From Octopus bimaculoides (lineage: Eukaryota), in contig NC_068987.1 in assembly GCF_001194135.2 (NCBI RefSeq), forward strand, positions 49,145,594-49,209,593: a stretch of 64,000 nucleotides of DNA, given 5' to 3'. Under the pieces are notes generated by a model that was not told where the DNA came from, did no database searches, and worked only from the letters and a program-made list of their open reading frames with translations. The translations under genes were made by a program, and so were the position numbers. The stretch's first letter is position 1, and each line of letters begins with the position of its first letter. Below are positions 50,181 to 63,956 of this stretch, piece after piece.

Positions 50181-50787
50181 CAGTGGTTCTCAAACATCTT
50201 TTTGTCTATGGATCCTTTTCATTCCTATTTTACCCTTCTGAACTTCCATAGCCATATGCTGAATGTAAAAAATATCTAACTGTATCATACACACCAGAAA
50301 GTAATATTTGAAACGCAGTATAACCATGAAAACAGCAGAAAGATTGAGTATTTTACCCTTATATGAAGGGAAAAGTTTTCAGCAGACAGCCAGTGGGCTG
50401 CTTAGCTTAATGGTAGAATACTCAGCTGGTATCTGAGGAGTGCAGGCTTGTGTCCTGTGGCTGTCTGCTGACAGCTTTTTCTATCATATAAAGGTAAAAT
50501 ATCCAAGCCTTCTGCTGCTTTCTCGACTGTACTGAGTTCAAAATATTACTTTCTTGTCTGTATGATATGATACACTTTTGATGCTTCCAAAAACAAACAA
50601 AAAAAGTTTGTTTACATACATTGTTGCATATGTAACTGTGTTTTATAATTGAATATTATTAGAAATTAGATTAAAAAAATTAAGTATTTTGTGTATTGTA
50701 AAAGTATATCCAACGTATTGCACATAAATTTTAACAAAATCTTGTATGGACCCCAAGGGCCATATAGATCCTGGTTGAAAACCACTT
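50181..50787. mobile_element. hAT-Charlie-like MITE hosting a foldback insertion
   Basis: Ends cagtggttctcaa / ttgaaaaccact; flanks ctctagcc / ctctagag match the Charlie-type NTCTAGAN preference. Confidence 0.75.
50282..50573. mobile_element. Foldback element with arms of about 112 bp and a tRNA-like core
   Basis: 50282-50392 is the approximate reverse complement of 50458-50573; core has an A-box-like tagcttaatggtaga, stem-loop ctcag-ctggtat-ctgag and T-stem gcagg/cctgt; ACT on both flanks. Confidence 0.75.
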
Positions 50788-51248
50788 CTCTAGAGAAGGA
50801 AAACTGATGTACAATCCATGGGTCGATGGTATCCAATGATGCTGACTTGGTCTTCTTTTTTGAGTATCTATCATTGTTGTTCAGAGAGTGGAATTGATTG
50901 TGTGCACAGCCTTTCTTCACTTTAAAAGGCATCATGCATTGACATTACTTGGCATATTAGCATCGTAATCATTATAAACTGATTCTGGAATGCTTTAAGT
51001 AATGGCTGTATTTGAGAACAAGAAAGCGTCTGTCATGCATGCATGCATGTATGTATGTATGTATGTACATACATACGTATGTATGTATATATGTATGTAT
51101 GCATGTGTATGCATTTGCATGTGTGTGTATGTGTATGTGTATGTATGTATGTGTGTATGTGTGAGTGTATGTGAATATGTATGTGTATATACGTATGTAT
51201 ATATGTGTGCGTGTATGTATCTATCTATCTATCTATCTATCTATCTTC

Positions 51249-51293
<45 letters not shown>

Positions 51294-51537
51294 AATCTAT
51301 CTATCATTCAATCTATCTATCTATCTATCTATCTATCTTCCTATCTATCTATCTATCTACCTATCTATCCATCCATCCATCCATCTATCTGCCACTCTCC
51401 TTTCATACTCTCACCATGAACTTACCTACCCATTCATCCTGTCCAATTCTCTATATCATGCCTCATATTTACTTTCCTATAACTTAAAGGTACACTCTGA
51501 CAACCCTTTACCACTATCTTCCCTCTTTTCCAACTGG

Positions 51538-51800
51538 TAAAGGTAAAGGTAGAGTTATCTTCTCGAGTTATCTTAACTCATAAGGGCCAGTTTCCCAGTT
51601 TCATGGCATATATATTCCTCAGCTGGACGGAATACTGGTCAGTTGCATGATAACTCATCTTTGCCAGTTGAGTGGACTGGAGCAATGGGAAATGAAGTGC
51701 TTTGCTCAAGAACACAACATGTCACCCAGTCTAGGAATTGAAACCACAATCTTACAATCATGAATCCAACACCCTAACCACTGAACCACTTGCCTCCACT
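51538..51800 (-). mobile_element. tRNA-derived SINE with (TACCTT)n tail and 12-bp TSD
   Basis: ttttccaactgg at 51526-51537 and 51801-51812. Confidence 0.8.
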
Positions 51801-52169
51801 TTTTCCAACTGGAGTAACCATGTATCTTGTGATTTAATTTGGTAACCTCACTAGTGCTAGTGCCATACAAGAAGTACCCAGCACATTCTGCAAAATGGTT
51901 GCACTAGGAAGAGCATCCAGCCATAGAAACCATGCCAAAGCAGACACTGGAGCATGACAAAGTCCTCTGGCTCACTGGAGATGGTAGTTGTGATGTTGAT
52001 GACGACAACTGATGATGATAATGACGATGATGATGATGAAAACTACAATGATAAAGACAGCAGCTATGGCAACAAGAGTGGCAATGTGGTGGTAGTGGCT
52101 GTAGTAGTGGTCGTAGGGGTGGTGGGGGAGGAGATGATAGTTTTGGTGGCAGTGGTAGTGGTAGTTGTT

Positions 52170-52208
<39 letters not shown>

Positions 52209-52610
52209 GGTGATGAGGATGATGGTAGCAGAAATGGTGGTGGTGATTATTATGATGATGATGATGATGACGATCATGATGATAATGCATTAGCATATGA
52301 AATAAACACCCACTATTGATGAATAACCACACCCATAACACTGCTAAAGTATATACCTATCTTAAGTTTCATCCAGTATTCAGATAAACCTGAACCTAGC
52401 TTATAATAAACATTGACTGTTTGGATTTCTTTCGACAGACTTGAAATTGTGTTATGCTGTTATGCTCAGCAACACAAGCTAAGATAGCATAGTACATACA
52501 TATGTAGGTACATATATACATGTAATGTTTGTGTGTACACACACACACACACATGCATATAGATAGATAGATAGATTCATATACACATAGACACACACAC
52601 ATTATATATA

Positions 52611-52642
<32 letters not shown>

Positions 52643-53069
52643 AATACAAATAATATGTGAGTATATGCATATATACGTACATGTATGTACATACCTACAT
52701 CTACATGTATATATAGATGCGTATCTGGGTACAGGACATCACAAAAAAACGTGGACAAAATGAAAAACAGAACATAAACAGAGTACAGAAAACACACAGG
52801 CCACATAGAGAACATTTCCTTCATCAGCTGCCACCATTATATATTTACATACATATAATATTTGTATTATATGAGTGTGTGTTTGTGTGTGTATTTATAT
52901 ACACACAAAAACGAAATAAAGAGTGAATCTATATTGTGAAAATTTGATAATTTTTATGCTGTGCAATAGTGTCTATTGTTTTAAAGAACTTTTGGTTTTA
53001 CATTAAAAACTATATAAATAGCCCATGGGTCACCTTCAATTTAACAGACTTTAATATTAATAAACACAA

Positions 53070-53280
53070 AGGCAGCAAGCTGGCAGAATCGTTAGCACAC
53101 CAGACGAAATGCCTAGCAGCATTTCATTCATCTTTAAGTTCTGAGTTCAAATTCCACAGAGGTTAACTTTGCATTTCATCCTTTTGGGATTAATGAAATA
53201 GGTATCAGTTGAATACTGGGACCTGATGTAATCAATTAGTCCCTTTCCTCAAAATTTCAGACCTGTAGTAGAAAAGAATA
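53070..53280 (+). mobile_element. SINE family A
   Basis: Family motifs. Confidence 0.8.
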
Positions 53281-53782
53281 TTAACAAATGCACCTTTTCT
53301 ACTATAGTCAATCAAATCAAGAATTTACTTTGCATGTGTGTGTGTGTGTGTGTGTGTGTGTCACTGTCAAGCCTTTACCACTCTCTCATCTTCCTTTCAC
53401 TTATCCCTTCAATACTCTTATGTCTTCATCACTGTTCAGCTACTGTAATTATATAAGAGCAAAAGTACATGTATTTCATCTCCTTTTTTTGCTATCAGTT
53501 ATCTCTTTTCTCTGAAATCACTTCATGTTGAAATCCATCCCTTGTTTTCATCTTTATTTTCCACTGATTGTTCTTTTCTGTGCCACCAGTTATCCTTCCT
53601 TTTTCCTTGAACTACATCTTATGACTTACATCTCATTCTTCACATCCTCTCAAATCTACCAGCAATCTTAACACCCTCTCATATCTGCTATCACCTTTGC
53701 TTGTCACTATATCTACCTCTATATACCTCTGACCTCCATCTCCATCACTGTACATCTCCCTCTCTCCCCCTCTCTCTCTCTT

Positions 53783-53829
<47 letters not shown>

Positions 53830-54840
53830 GTCTATCTATCTATCTATCTTTCCCTTCCCACAGTCTTTCTTTGCCCACCTATTCCACATCTCATCTTCTA
53901 ATTTCTCATCTATCAACAACTTTAATATTTTGCTGCTCTCCGCATTTTCTCTACTGTCACTCATCATCTCCTTCTTGCTGAACCACTTCTGTTTCTTAAC
54001 ACTTTCTCACCAAACTTATATTTATCACCAACCATGCCTTCACATTTGATACCCTATTCACTACATTCACCTCTAACTCTGTCACTCACCATCTGTCATT
54101 CTGCTCTAACATTTTTGCAAACTTATCTGCCCACTCCTCCAGACCGTTTGTTTCTATTCTGTTTTCTACTCACTGTCTTCTAACTTGAGAGTACTCTCTG
54201 ACACCTTATCACCACTATCTTTATCTGTCTTCTCAGCAACTCCCACCCACCTTATATAAGGCAAGGTAACCATGTATTTCCACTACATACTGTAGTCACT
54301 CAACACCTGGCATAAAGCCACCTCCCTCTCTGCTACACTTCAACTCAGTGGAGGGGACTTTTTCTTTATCTTGTGAGTTACTTGGCAACCTCACTAATAC
54401 CAATGCCATGAAAAAGGCACCCACTACACCTTGTAAAGTGACTGGCATTAGCAATGGTATCCAGTTGTAGAAACCATTCCAAAGCAGACATCAGAGCTTG
54501 ACATGGACTTCTGGTATGTCAGTATCCATTAATTGGTGGTCAAATCTATTGACATCAGGATGCATAGGAAATGTGAATTATGACATTTCCCAAGAGTATT
54601 TGTGGTAATTGAAATTGATGAGTCATTCCTCTGGGACCTTAATGCCTGTAATTGCACTCTTTGCTCCAAATTTGCCATAAAAATATATTATAACATCTGG
54701 TTTGATAAACAAAAGTGAGATTAATATATTTCTTTGTTTATGACATGATGTTCTGTTGTTTTCTCTCTGCTTTAACTTTTACTCCTCACCACTAATACTT
54801 ATTACTTCTGCCTACACCTTCCTTCTCCTTCTTATTAGTA

Positions 54841-55235
54841 TGTAGTGGCGTGAAATTGTGGCCGCCATTGAGGAAGTACCATCTACGCATGCGCAAGGGA
54901 CTTGCCTTCCCGGAAGCCCCTCGAGTGCGCATGCATAGTAAAACCAGTACTTAAAGCATTTCTTTCACTTTCTAAGCCTCTTGACCACAATGCCTTCGAC
55001 GTGACAGCTACTTGCTCCTCTGGCATGCATCAACGAAGCTCTTAACCTTCCAATGCCGATCACAAGTTAACCAGCGGCTGCTAAGCTGGATGACACAGGA
55101 TTTGTAAAACCAAGCATCACCAAAAATAAAACTTATTTTTATTATGTTGTTAATTGTTCTAATGTTTCTTAATATATTTTGTTGAAAGGTGATAGAGAGA
55201 GACTAATGTCTCTATTACAACTATCAACCTTTACA
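54841..55235 (+). mobile_element. Solo LTR, same family as 2692-3074, 4-bp TSD AGTA
   Basis: TGTAGTGG...TTTACA; AGTA at 54837-54840 and 55236-55239. Confidence 0.88.
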
Positions 55236-55409
55236 AGTACAAGCTGATGTTTTTTACTCTCTTCCTAATAAAAAGTTATGCTTGAAACACTAGGCATCTT
55301 TTCTTTCTCACTAAGTAATGAAATATATTCCACCATTTCTACTATTATGAATGTCGATGTATGTACATGTAATACAAATGTATGTACCCGGCCAGTAAAA
55401 AAATACTGC

Positions 55410-55622
55410 TTTCAAATTTTGACACAAAGCCAGCAATTTCAGGAGAGAAGATTAGTCAATTACATCGACCCCAGTGTTCAACTGGCACTTATTTTATCAA
55501 CCCTGAAAGGATGCAAGGCAAAATTGACTTCAGCAGAATTTGAACTCAGAACATAAAGGTGGACAAAATGCTGCAAAGCATTTTGCTCAGCATACTAACA
55601 ATTCTGTCAGCTCATCACCTTA
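55410..55622 (-). mobile_element. SINE family A
   Basis: Family motifs. Confidence 0.8.
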
Positions 55623-56699
55623 GCCAACAAAAATATTAATGAAAATATTTGTCTCTCTCCTCTTTATTAATAAGAAGACAGAATAGTTAGCATCTATATA
55701 AATCACCACTATCTTCAGTGTTGAACTGGTTTAGTTTTCAAACTGGTCAGATCCAACCTAAATATTCTATCAGTTTTGAGTTCAAACTAACCAGATCCAG
55801 CTTCTTGCACCTACTCCACAATATCATTCTAAAAGTTAAGCAATTGCATCATCAAAATATCAAGGCTACGAGATAATACATGATTAATTCAAAACAATGT
55901 GAATAAATTAGCATTACATTTGACAGAGTAATCTGAATGCTAAAAGGTTAAAAAGTGTTAAAAACTGTCTTAATGTTATCCAACTCAACAATTTGACCAC
56001 CCTTTTTCGATATCCTAAAAGCTTTCCTTCAGGGGTAGAAGGCTCTCTATATAAGAATCACTGATCTTAGGAGTCCTTTCTTGTTTTAAGGTAGAAGTTG
56101 TAATTTGAGTAAGACTCAGCTATTGTTTCTAGTGAGTTGGACAACACATAGAGGCTTGATGCTAAATTTGTTGATTGACTTTATAAGCTCAGTGAGACAA
56201 GACAAAGTTTGGTAATGGTGGGCATGTTTGTGTCATTGAGCGAATGTTTGAGAGCAGATGCTTTAAAATGCCATGAAAATAAGCAACACATATTAAGTTA
56301 CTTAATTTTCATTATTTATTAGCGATAATATACATTTGTTTATTCATGACACATATTGGAATGAGGGGGGGGGGTTACCCCCACCTCCTCTTCACCCTCA
56401 CCTGTATTTTCTTGTTCCCTCCCTTCCTCTTCGTTTCTGACTCTCCCTCATTCTCTCTTTCTCTTTCCATGGTCACATTTTTAATGGCTGAAATTACCTT
56501 TTACTGTTTCTGTACAATGCCTTGTCTAAACCTCCATTGTTACATATTGTTTATATTGACATACTATAAACTATGGTTGTTTGTCTCACAAAAATATTTA
56601 GTATTATTAAAAGGAATGTCATACATGTATACAAAGTGAAACACATAGACAGATGGACAGATGGATGGAGACACACACATACACACACACACACACACA

Positions 56700-56779
<80 letters not shown>

Positions 56780-57271
56780 CTTTCTCTCTCTATCTCTATT
56801 TTTCCTTTTTCTCTTCCACTCTTTAACTTTCATCCATAGTAAGTGAAAGAAGAAAATATAAGTCAACCTTTTATAAGTATCACAACCAAGATTGTATGTA
56901 TATTTGTAGTCATCTAGTTTTAATTATTTGAAGACTTCTTGAATGGAACGAGCTAGTTCCTAACAAGTATACTAAGCTCCAACATTGAAATGTAGGTAAC
57001 AAAACCAATCTCATGTTTTGAACTTGAGAAAAGTCCTGAATATCTTTACTGTTCCACTTGCAGATTGCATTTCTAATGTGCATGTTAACTGGTTGATTTC
57101 TTTTTCTGAAAACCCTAGCATTTCCTTATTGTTACTTCGGCATTTACTAACAAAACCAAGTGCACCAATTACTACTGGCATAAATGTGAATTTATGATCT
57201 AGGTATAAATGCTGAAGGTTTCAAAGCTGTTGTCCATAGTTACCCTCTTTCTTTTTGGTTTTTGAAGAGAT

Positions 57272-57712
57272 ATCAAGAGGTGCTGATCTGTAATAGTAGA
57301 GGGAACATGTGGAAGAGGTCAACCCAGGAAGACCTGGGATGAAGTGGTGAGAAAGGATCTACAGACGTTGGGACTCACAGAGGGGATGATAGGGAACTGA
57401 GACTCCTTGCAGTTGGCTATGCTTGAAAAGATACGTCAAGCTAAGCAAAAGCATGGTTGCCCTTGCATACAGGCTCAGCCCCTGCAATCCTCTCCAGCTG
57501 AACATCCCTAAGCTCGTGGGCTCATAGGTGCTGGTGCCATGTAAAAAGCACTTGTGCTGGTGCTGCACCCAGTACACTCTGTAAAGCGGTTGGTGTTAGA
57601 AAGAGCATCCAGCTGTAGAAACCATGCCAAAAACAGACGTGGAGCCTGGTCAGCTCCTGTCAATCATCTAACCCATGCCTGCATAGAAAATGAACATTAA
57701 ATAATGATGATG
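57272..57712 (+). mobile_element. RTE 3' fragment, left arm of a tail-to-tail pair
   Basis: VEGTCGRG.PRKTWDEVVRKDL remnant and (GAT)n tail. Confidence 0.8.
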
Positions 57713-57780
57713 GTGATATTTACATCAGTAAGGTTGGTAACCTCTGTGACAGTACTTACTTTTTCTTCTTACCAAAACAG

Positions 57781-57939
57781 CAATATTCAGCCTCTTATGT
57801 TTGCACTTGGTAGAAGATTTGATGGTAATGTTCCATCAATATTCTTTGTACATATTCAGACGCTGGGGGATTTTCTGTATTTATCCCAAGACAGTTTTGA
57901 TGGCCTTGTATATTGTTTTAACAACATCATGTCACATTG
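57781..57939 (+). other. Candidate 159-bp frame-preserving exon, unverified
   Basis: Pyrimidine tract then AG at 57779-57780; donor g/gtaaat; open as NIQPLMFALGRRFDGNVPS...NNIMSH; no homology recognised. Confidence 0.2.
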
Positions 57940-58373
57940 GTAAATAGTACTTTGATGACATTTCAGGGTATCTGCTAATCACATATGTAATGTTTTCTAC
58001 AGAAATGTAACCTAATCAACATTTTTGGTTGTATTTGGATTCCAAGGGCTTCTGTATTCTAAGGAATCCAATTGCAGTTATGCTTTGAACTAGGACTTTT
58101 TCCTGTAGTACCATTAATTTTATATTGCCCTTGTTCAACATGCCTGTGATAGCTCCTTGCCCTTGTTCCTTCCTCATCTATCTGTCATGTTTGTTATATT
58201 TATAATTTCTTTCTATATTGATTTCCAGCAGCTTTCAACTTGTTCATGTGTTGTTGTGCATTTTACACACATTTATATAAATTTATATATCTCTGCATAC
58301 ATTCATGTGTGTGTGTATGTATGTATGTATACATTTATGTAGAAATCCATATATATATATATATATATATCAA

Positions 58374-58828
58374 CATCATCATCATCATCATTTAACGTCT
58401 GTTTTTCATGCTGGCATAGGTTGGACGGTTTGACAGGAACTGACCAGCTGAAGAGCTATTCAGGATCCATATCTGTTTTGGTATGGTTTCTATGGTTGGA
58501 TGCCTTTCCTAATGCCAACCACTTTACAGAGTGTACTGGGTGCCTTTACACAGCACCAACATGGGTACTTTTTACATGTCACCGGCACCTCCGAGCCTGT
58601 AAGATTAGGGATGCTTTGCTAGAGAGGGTTGCAGGGGACGAGTTTGTATGCAAGGGCAGCCATACTTTTACTTAGCTTGACATATCTTTTGAAGCATAAC
58701 AAACCACCAGGAATCTTGGTCCTCTGTCATCCCCTCTGTTGATCCTTTCTCACCACTTAGTCCGATGTCTTCCTGCGTCTACCCCTTCCACATGTTCCCT
58801 CTACAATTAGAGATTGACACCTCTTGAT
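58374..58828 (-). mobile_element. RTE 3' fragment, right arm of the tail-to-tail pair
   Basis: Reverse complement begins atcaagaggtg...gagggaacatgtggaagggg, as does the 57272 copy. Confidence 0.8.
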
Positions 58829-58839
58829 GCAGCAGCTAT

Positions 58840-59260
58840 AGGCATTACCAGGTAGTTAAGAAGTTTGCTTCCCAACCACTTGGTTTCAGCTTCAGTTCCA
58901 TTGCATGGTACTTCAAACTTTGGAAAAGTATATTCTGCTATAACCTCCGGCTGACCAAAGCGTTGTGAAGGAATTTGGTTGAGAGTAGTAAAAGAAATCC
59001 ATTGTATATGTGTGTGTAATTTGTGTGTCTACTTGTTTTGACATCATGCCACAGATGTAAACAAGTGTCACTGTTGTAAAGGTGGAGTCATTCATTTTGG
59101 ATTCCATGAAAATATATCTGGCCATGGGAAAATATTACCTCACTTAGAAACATGCGTGTAATGGTAACAGAAAGGGAATCCTAGCATAAAAAATCTGCCT
59201 TGACAAATTCCATCTTGCCCATGCAAGCAGAAAACTGGACGTTCAAATGGCGAAGTTAAA
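58840..59260 (+). mobile_element. SINE family B with RTE-like tail
   Basis: CORE-like body followed by a gggaatcc...catgcaagc...ggacgtt tail. Confidence 0.65.
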
Positions 59261-59312
59261 TATGTATGTGTGTATATGTACACACACACACACAAATATA
59301 TAAATATATGTC

Positions 59313-59367
<55 letters not shown>

Positions 59368-59714
59368 NNNNNNNNNNNNNNNNNNNNNNNNNNNNNNNNN
59401 NNNNNNNNNNNNNNNNNNNNNNNNNNNNNNNNNNNNNNNNNNNNNNNNNNNNNNNNNNNNNNNNNNNNNNNNNNNNNNNNNNNNNNNNNNNNNNNNNNNN
59501 NNNNNNNNNNNNNNNNNNNNNNNNNNNNNNNNNNNNNNNNNNNNNNNNNNNNNNNNNNNNNNNNNNNNNNNNNNNNNNNNNNNNNNNNNNNNNNNNNNNN
59601 NNNNNNNNNNNNNNNNNNNNNNNNNNNNNNNNNNNNNNNNNNNNNNNNNNNNNNNNNNNNNNNNNNNNNNNNNNNNNNNNNNNNNNNNNNNNNNNNNNNN
59701 NNNNNNNNNNNNNN

Positions 59715-59759
<45 letters not shown>

Positions 59760-59761
<2 letters not shown>

Positions 59762-60001
59762 CAGGGTGGTCCAAAAGTAGGTTTACAGTTATTCAATTAT
59801 CTCTTTCACATTTATGTATTAACAGTTTAGATCTGAATTATAAAAAAAACATATGAAACCAATCTTCAATGCTAATTTAGTTAATTTTGTCAAGCTCCTT
59901 TTCCAGTTTGTAAAATAGAAATTTAAATTCAATAAAATGCTTTAAAAGAAATTTAAAGTGCCTACATGATAACTGTAAACCTACTTTTGGGCCACCCTGT
60001 A
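59760..60001. mobile_element. Tc1/mariner-type MITE in (TA)n
   Basis: 32-bp TIRs tacagggtggtccaaaagtaggtttacagtta / taactgtaaacctacttttgggccaccctgta. Confidence 0.9.
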
Positions 60002-60654
60002 TATACGTATATGTTCAAGTATGAATTAAAAGTAGCTCAAGAGATAGAAACAATATCAAACACTCATATACAAGGTATGTTTTGCTAGTTTGTGGGGTGG
60101 CTGTGCTTATAGGTGAAAGAGAATATATATTCACTTATACCTATAAATGCAGCCTACCCACAAACTGGCAAAACACACACCTTGTGTATGAGTGTTCAAT
60201 ATTGCTTATATACATGTGTATATATATATACATATATACACACACACACACATACACACACACACACACATATATATATATGTATATATTATATATATAT
60301 TATACACGTGTGTGTGCACACACATGCATGGGTGTGGGTGTGTGTACATGTATCTTTGTATACTTCCAAACATTGACTGAGAGAGACCCTATAGGGTATT
60401 CATGGATATCCTAACTAAATCAGAAAGCAAGTCTTATCTTTCAAGGGTTTTAAACAGTTGTTCATTGTGTAAATGTAAAACAGTCTGTTGTATGGAGTAA
60501 ATACACCACATGCCATTTCTGATTAGATGTTTGAGAAAGAGAGATTAACAGAAAGTGAACGAGAGAGAGAGAGAAGTGGGGGAAGAGGGGGCCTTGAGCA
60601 GAAAATTTGAGAGGAGTTTGTGTGTGCATTTGTGTGTATGTGTGTATTTGTATG

Positions 60655-60685
<31 letters not shown>

Positions 60686-60687
60686 AT

Positions 60688-60720
<33 letters not shown>

Positions 60721-60896
60721 CGTGTGTGTGTTAGCATACAATTTAGGGGGTTTTTTTAAATTGGCTAGAAATGTTGATAGTGAAATCCCATAATTTCTTG
60801 TAAACAATCTATGTAATATTAGCAATGTGTAGCATGTACATATACTTAACATAGCATAAAAACTGTGTGTACGTATATATATATATTTTATATATA

Positions 60897-60961
<65 letters not shown>

Positions 60962-62054
60962 AGATGAGAACAATCTTATATGGGTGTGGTATGTTGGGTG
61001 TGTACCTCAGTTGCTATTACTGAAATGCCTAAGATATCACCAGAAGGTTCAATCCAACTGTGTGTAACCTTTGAAAACTGTCTTCTCTTATAAAAACAGC
61101 CGACCAATGCCTTGTGAATGGAACGATAGACAACAACTGAATTGAAAAACCTGTGTATGTGTGTGTGTGTGTGTGTGTAGCTATGTATCTCCTCTACAGC
61201 AAGGCACCTGTTCTTGTCTCTCTTTCATACATTAACCTCTCAACACCTGGCACAAACCACCTTCCTCAATACTGGACACCACACTCTGTGACGGAGGTTT
61301 TGCATTATGAGATACTTGGTGACTTCACTAGTTGTGGTGCCATGAAAAAATTCACCCAGTACACTCTGTTGACTGATTGGGATTAGGAAGGATCTCCAGC
61401 CATATAAACCATACAAAAGAAAACAGTGGAGATCAACAGTACTCTGACTCATCATGCTTAACTATCCAGCCCATGCCAACATGGAATAGAGACAATAAAT
61501 GATGATGATTGTGGTGGTAGTGATGATGATATACACACATGTGGTGTCTCCAGTGATAACAGCTATTACAAGGGAGATAATCATTTCTTCATAATATGAG
61601 ATGGGATTAGAAAATTCAATTTAAAATAAGGAATTACAAGGAAAAAGATGCATAGAATTTACATATTTAATTTTATGTTTTGTTTACTTATTTTAAAGTT
61701 CTTACAATTTGATGGTAATCTTGTATGACACTATCTCATTCTTTTTAGAAATTATCAGCATGATATAACCTGTAACTTGTTAATGAAACATTATTTTATG
61801 AAGTGAGACATTTCATTAATTATAAAAAAATTATAATATAGAGGAAATCCATGAAATGTTTTTTTTTTATCTTTTCTTTCATCACAGAGCATTAGTAGTT
61901 TAAGAGTCAAGAGAAAAGAGAGAATGTCCAAACAGGAAATTGGAAAAAACTTTTTTGGCATCATTTATTCACCATTACATGTGTTTCATTTGTTAATAAG
62001 AGTTACAAAATTGTACACGTAGGAGAAGCAAATAATATTATTTTATTCTTTCTT

Positions 62055-62250
62055 AAGGTGGCGAGCTGGCAAAGTCATTAGCACACTGGGCAAAATGCTT
62101 AGCAGCATTTTGTCTGTCTTTACATCCTGAGTTCAAATTCCTTTCATTTTTTTCGGGGTTGATAAAATAAGTATCAGTTGAGTACTAACAGTCAATATAA
62201 TCAACTTACCCTCTCCCCCAAAACTGCTGGCTTTGTGCCAAAATTTGAAA
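62055..62250 (+). mobile_element. SINE family A
   Basis: Family motifs. Confidence 0.8.
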
Positions 62251-63074
62251 ATAATGTTATTTGATTCTGTCTGAAGAATTTCTAATAGGCGGTACCTTAT
62301 ATGCTTTGTACAACATATACAATTTTGTGATTCCTATTAGCAAATGAAACATGTGTAATGGTGAATAAATAATACCAAAAATTTTTACCCATCCCCTGTT
62401 TTGATATGCAATTGCTCTGTAAAAAATATTTTCCGGTATTTTTCGATTCTTATGCATACCTCACACAAATACAACATCTGCATACAACTTTGGAGTGCTG
62501 AAATAAGATGATGTGCTTCAAGAGGACATAACTTGGATAGTAACCCTATCTATGTACTGTGTGTATGTGTGTGAGGGAGCGTATTTGGTTGTGGGTGGGT
62601 GTACACTACAAAAAAAATTTCCTTGCATGGTTGAGTGGAGGAGCTGCAGAAAGCAGCAGTCCTACAAAGAAAAGATTAGGAAAATAGCCACTTAATTGTG
62701 TACACACTATACTTAAAGACATATGACATACCCATCATTCCACACTCATCACCCTCACATTGTCATACCTCCTAGATCTTGCATTAAACACTTTTCTACC
62801 AATCCTTCCTACCCCTAGAACTGTAACCCACTAGAGCTCCCTCCCAATTTGTCTTTTTTTCATGTTGATATTTATCTTGAGATATTCAATATAACCACAT
62901 TGATCTCATTATTATTAGAGAAGTCAAAGGCAGCAAGCCTCTGAGGTTGACTTTGCCTTTCATCCTTTCAGGGTCAATAAAATAGGTACCAGTTGAACAC
63001 TGGGGTCGATGTTATCAACTCACCCCTTTCCCTGAACTTGTTGGCCTTGTGTCAAATTTTGAAACCAAGTCAGC

Positions 63075-63425
63075 ACTCCTTCTCCACCTCCTTTTCTTTG
63101 TTCCACTCTTCTTCCTTTTCTTCTTTCTCCTCTTCTTCCTCCCCCTTTTCTATCTCTCTCCTCTTCTTTCTCCTCTTCTTCCTTCTCCTTTTCTATCTCT
63201 CTCCTCTTCTACACCCTCCTCTTCACCTTCTCTTCCTATGCCTTCCGCTGTTATCCTTCTCCTCCTCCTCCTCCATCTCCTCATCTTTCACCTATTCGTC
63301 CTTCACTTCCTCCTCCCCTTAACCTCCTTCCCTTCACTTTCTCCTCCCCCCTTCACCTCCTTCCCTTCACTTTCTCCTCCTTCTCCTGTTTCAGTCTCCC
63401 CTCCTTTGCCTTCCCCCCCACTATC
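63075..63425. repeat. Polypyrimidine low-complexity tract
   Basis: Direct reading. Confidence 0.9.
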
Positions 63426-63863
63426 GTTATAAGTCATAAATAATAAAACAGAAGAAACAGATTGAAGAAGACAAGAAAACATGTCTTACCACATAATAGC
63501 AGTTGTGGTATTATATCAATTAATGAATTAAACTTCTTACATTCTTACATAAGACACTGAAATCACTTGTGATTTCATTGATTTATTTTTTCATTCTAGC
63601 TTTCTCTTAAGGGAGACAGGCAGACAGAGAGAGACGAGCACCTAAGAGAGAGGCTGACAAACAATCAGAGACTGAATGAAATAGATAGCATAACAAACCG
63701 AAATACTATTGCATATGTTATAAAGGCAAAGGGAACATAAAGAAAAGAAGGTGGGGAGATGGAGAAAGAACCAAGGAAACAGAGTAAGGCTAAAAACAGG
63801 ATGACAGAAAAAAGGGACAAAGAGAAAGAAAGTTAAAGGTGAAGATAGAGAAAATTAAAACAA

Positions 63864-63892
63864 TATCTATCTATCCATCTATCTATCTATCC

Positions 63893-63956
<64 letters not shown>

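Noticed and set aside
52717-52835. Hammerhead at minus-strand gcagCTGATGAAggaa
   Set aside because: No GAAAC or stem II partner follows; at most a half motif.
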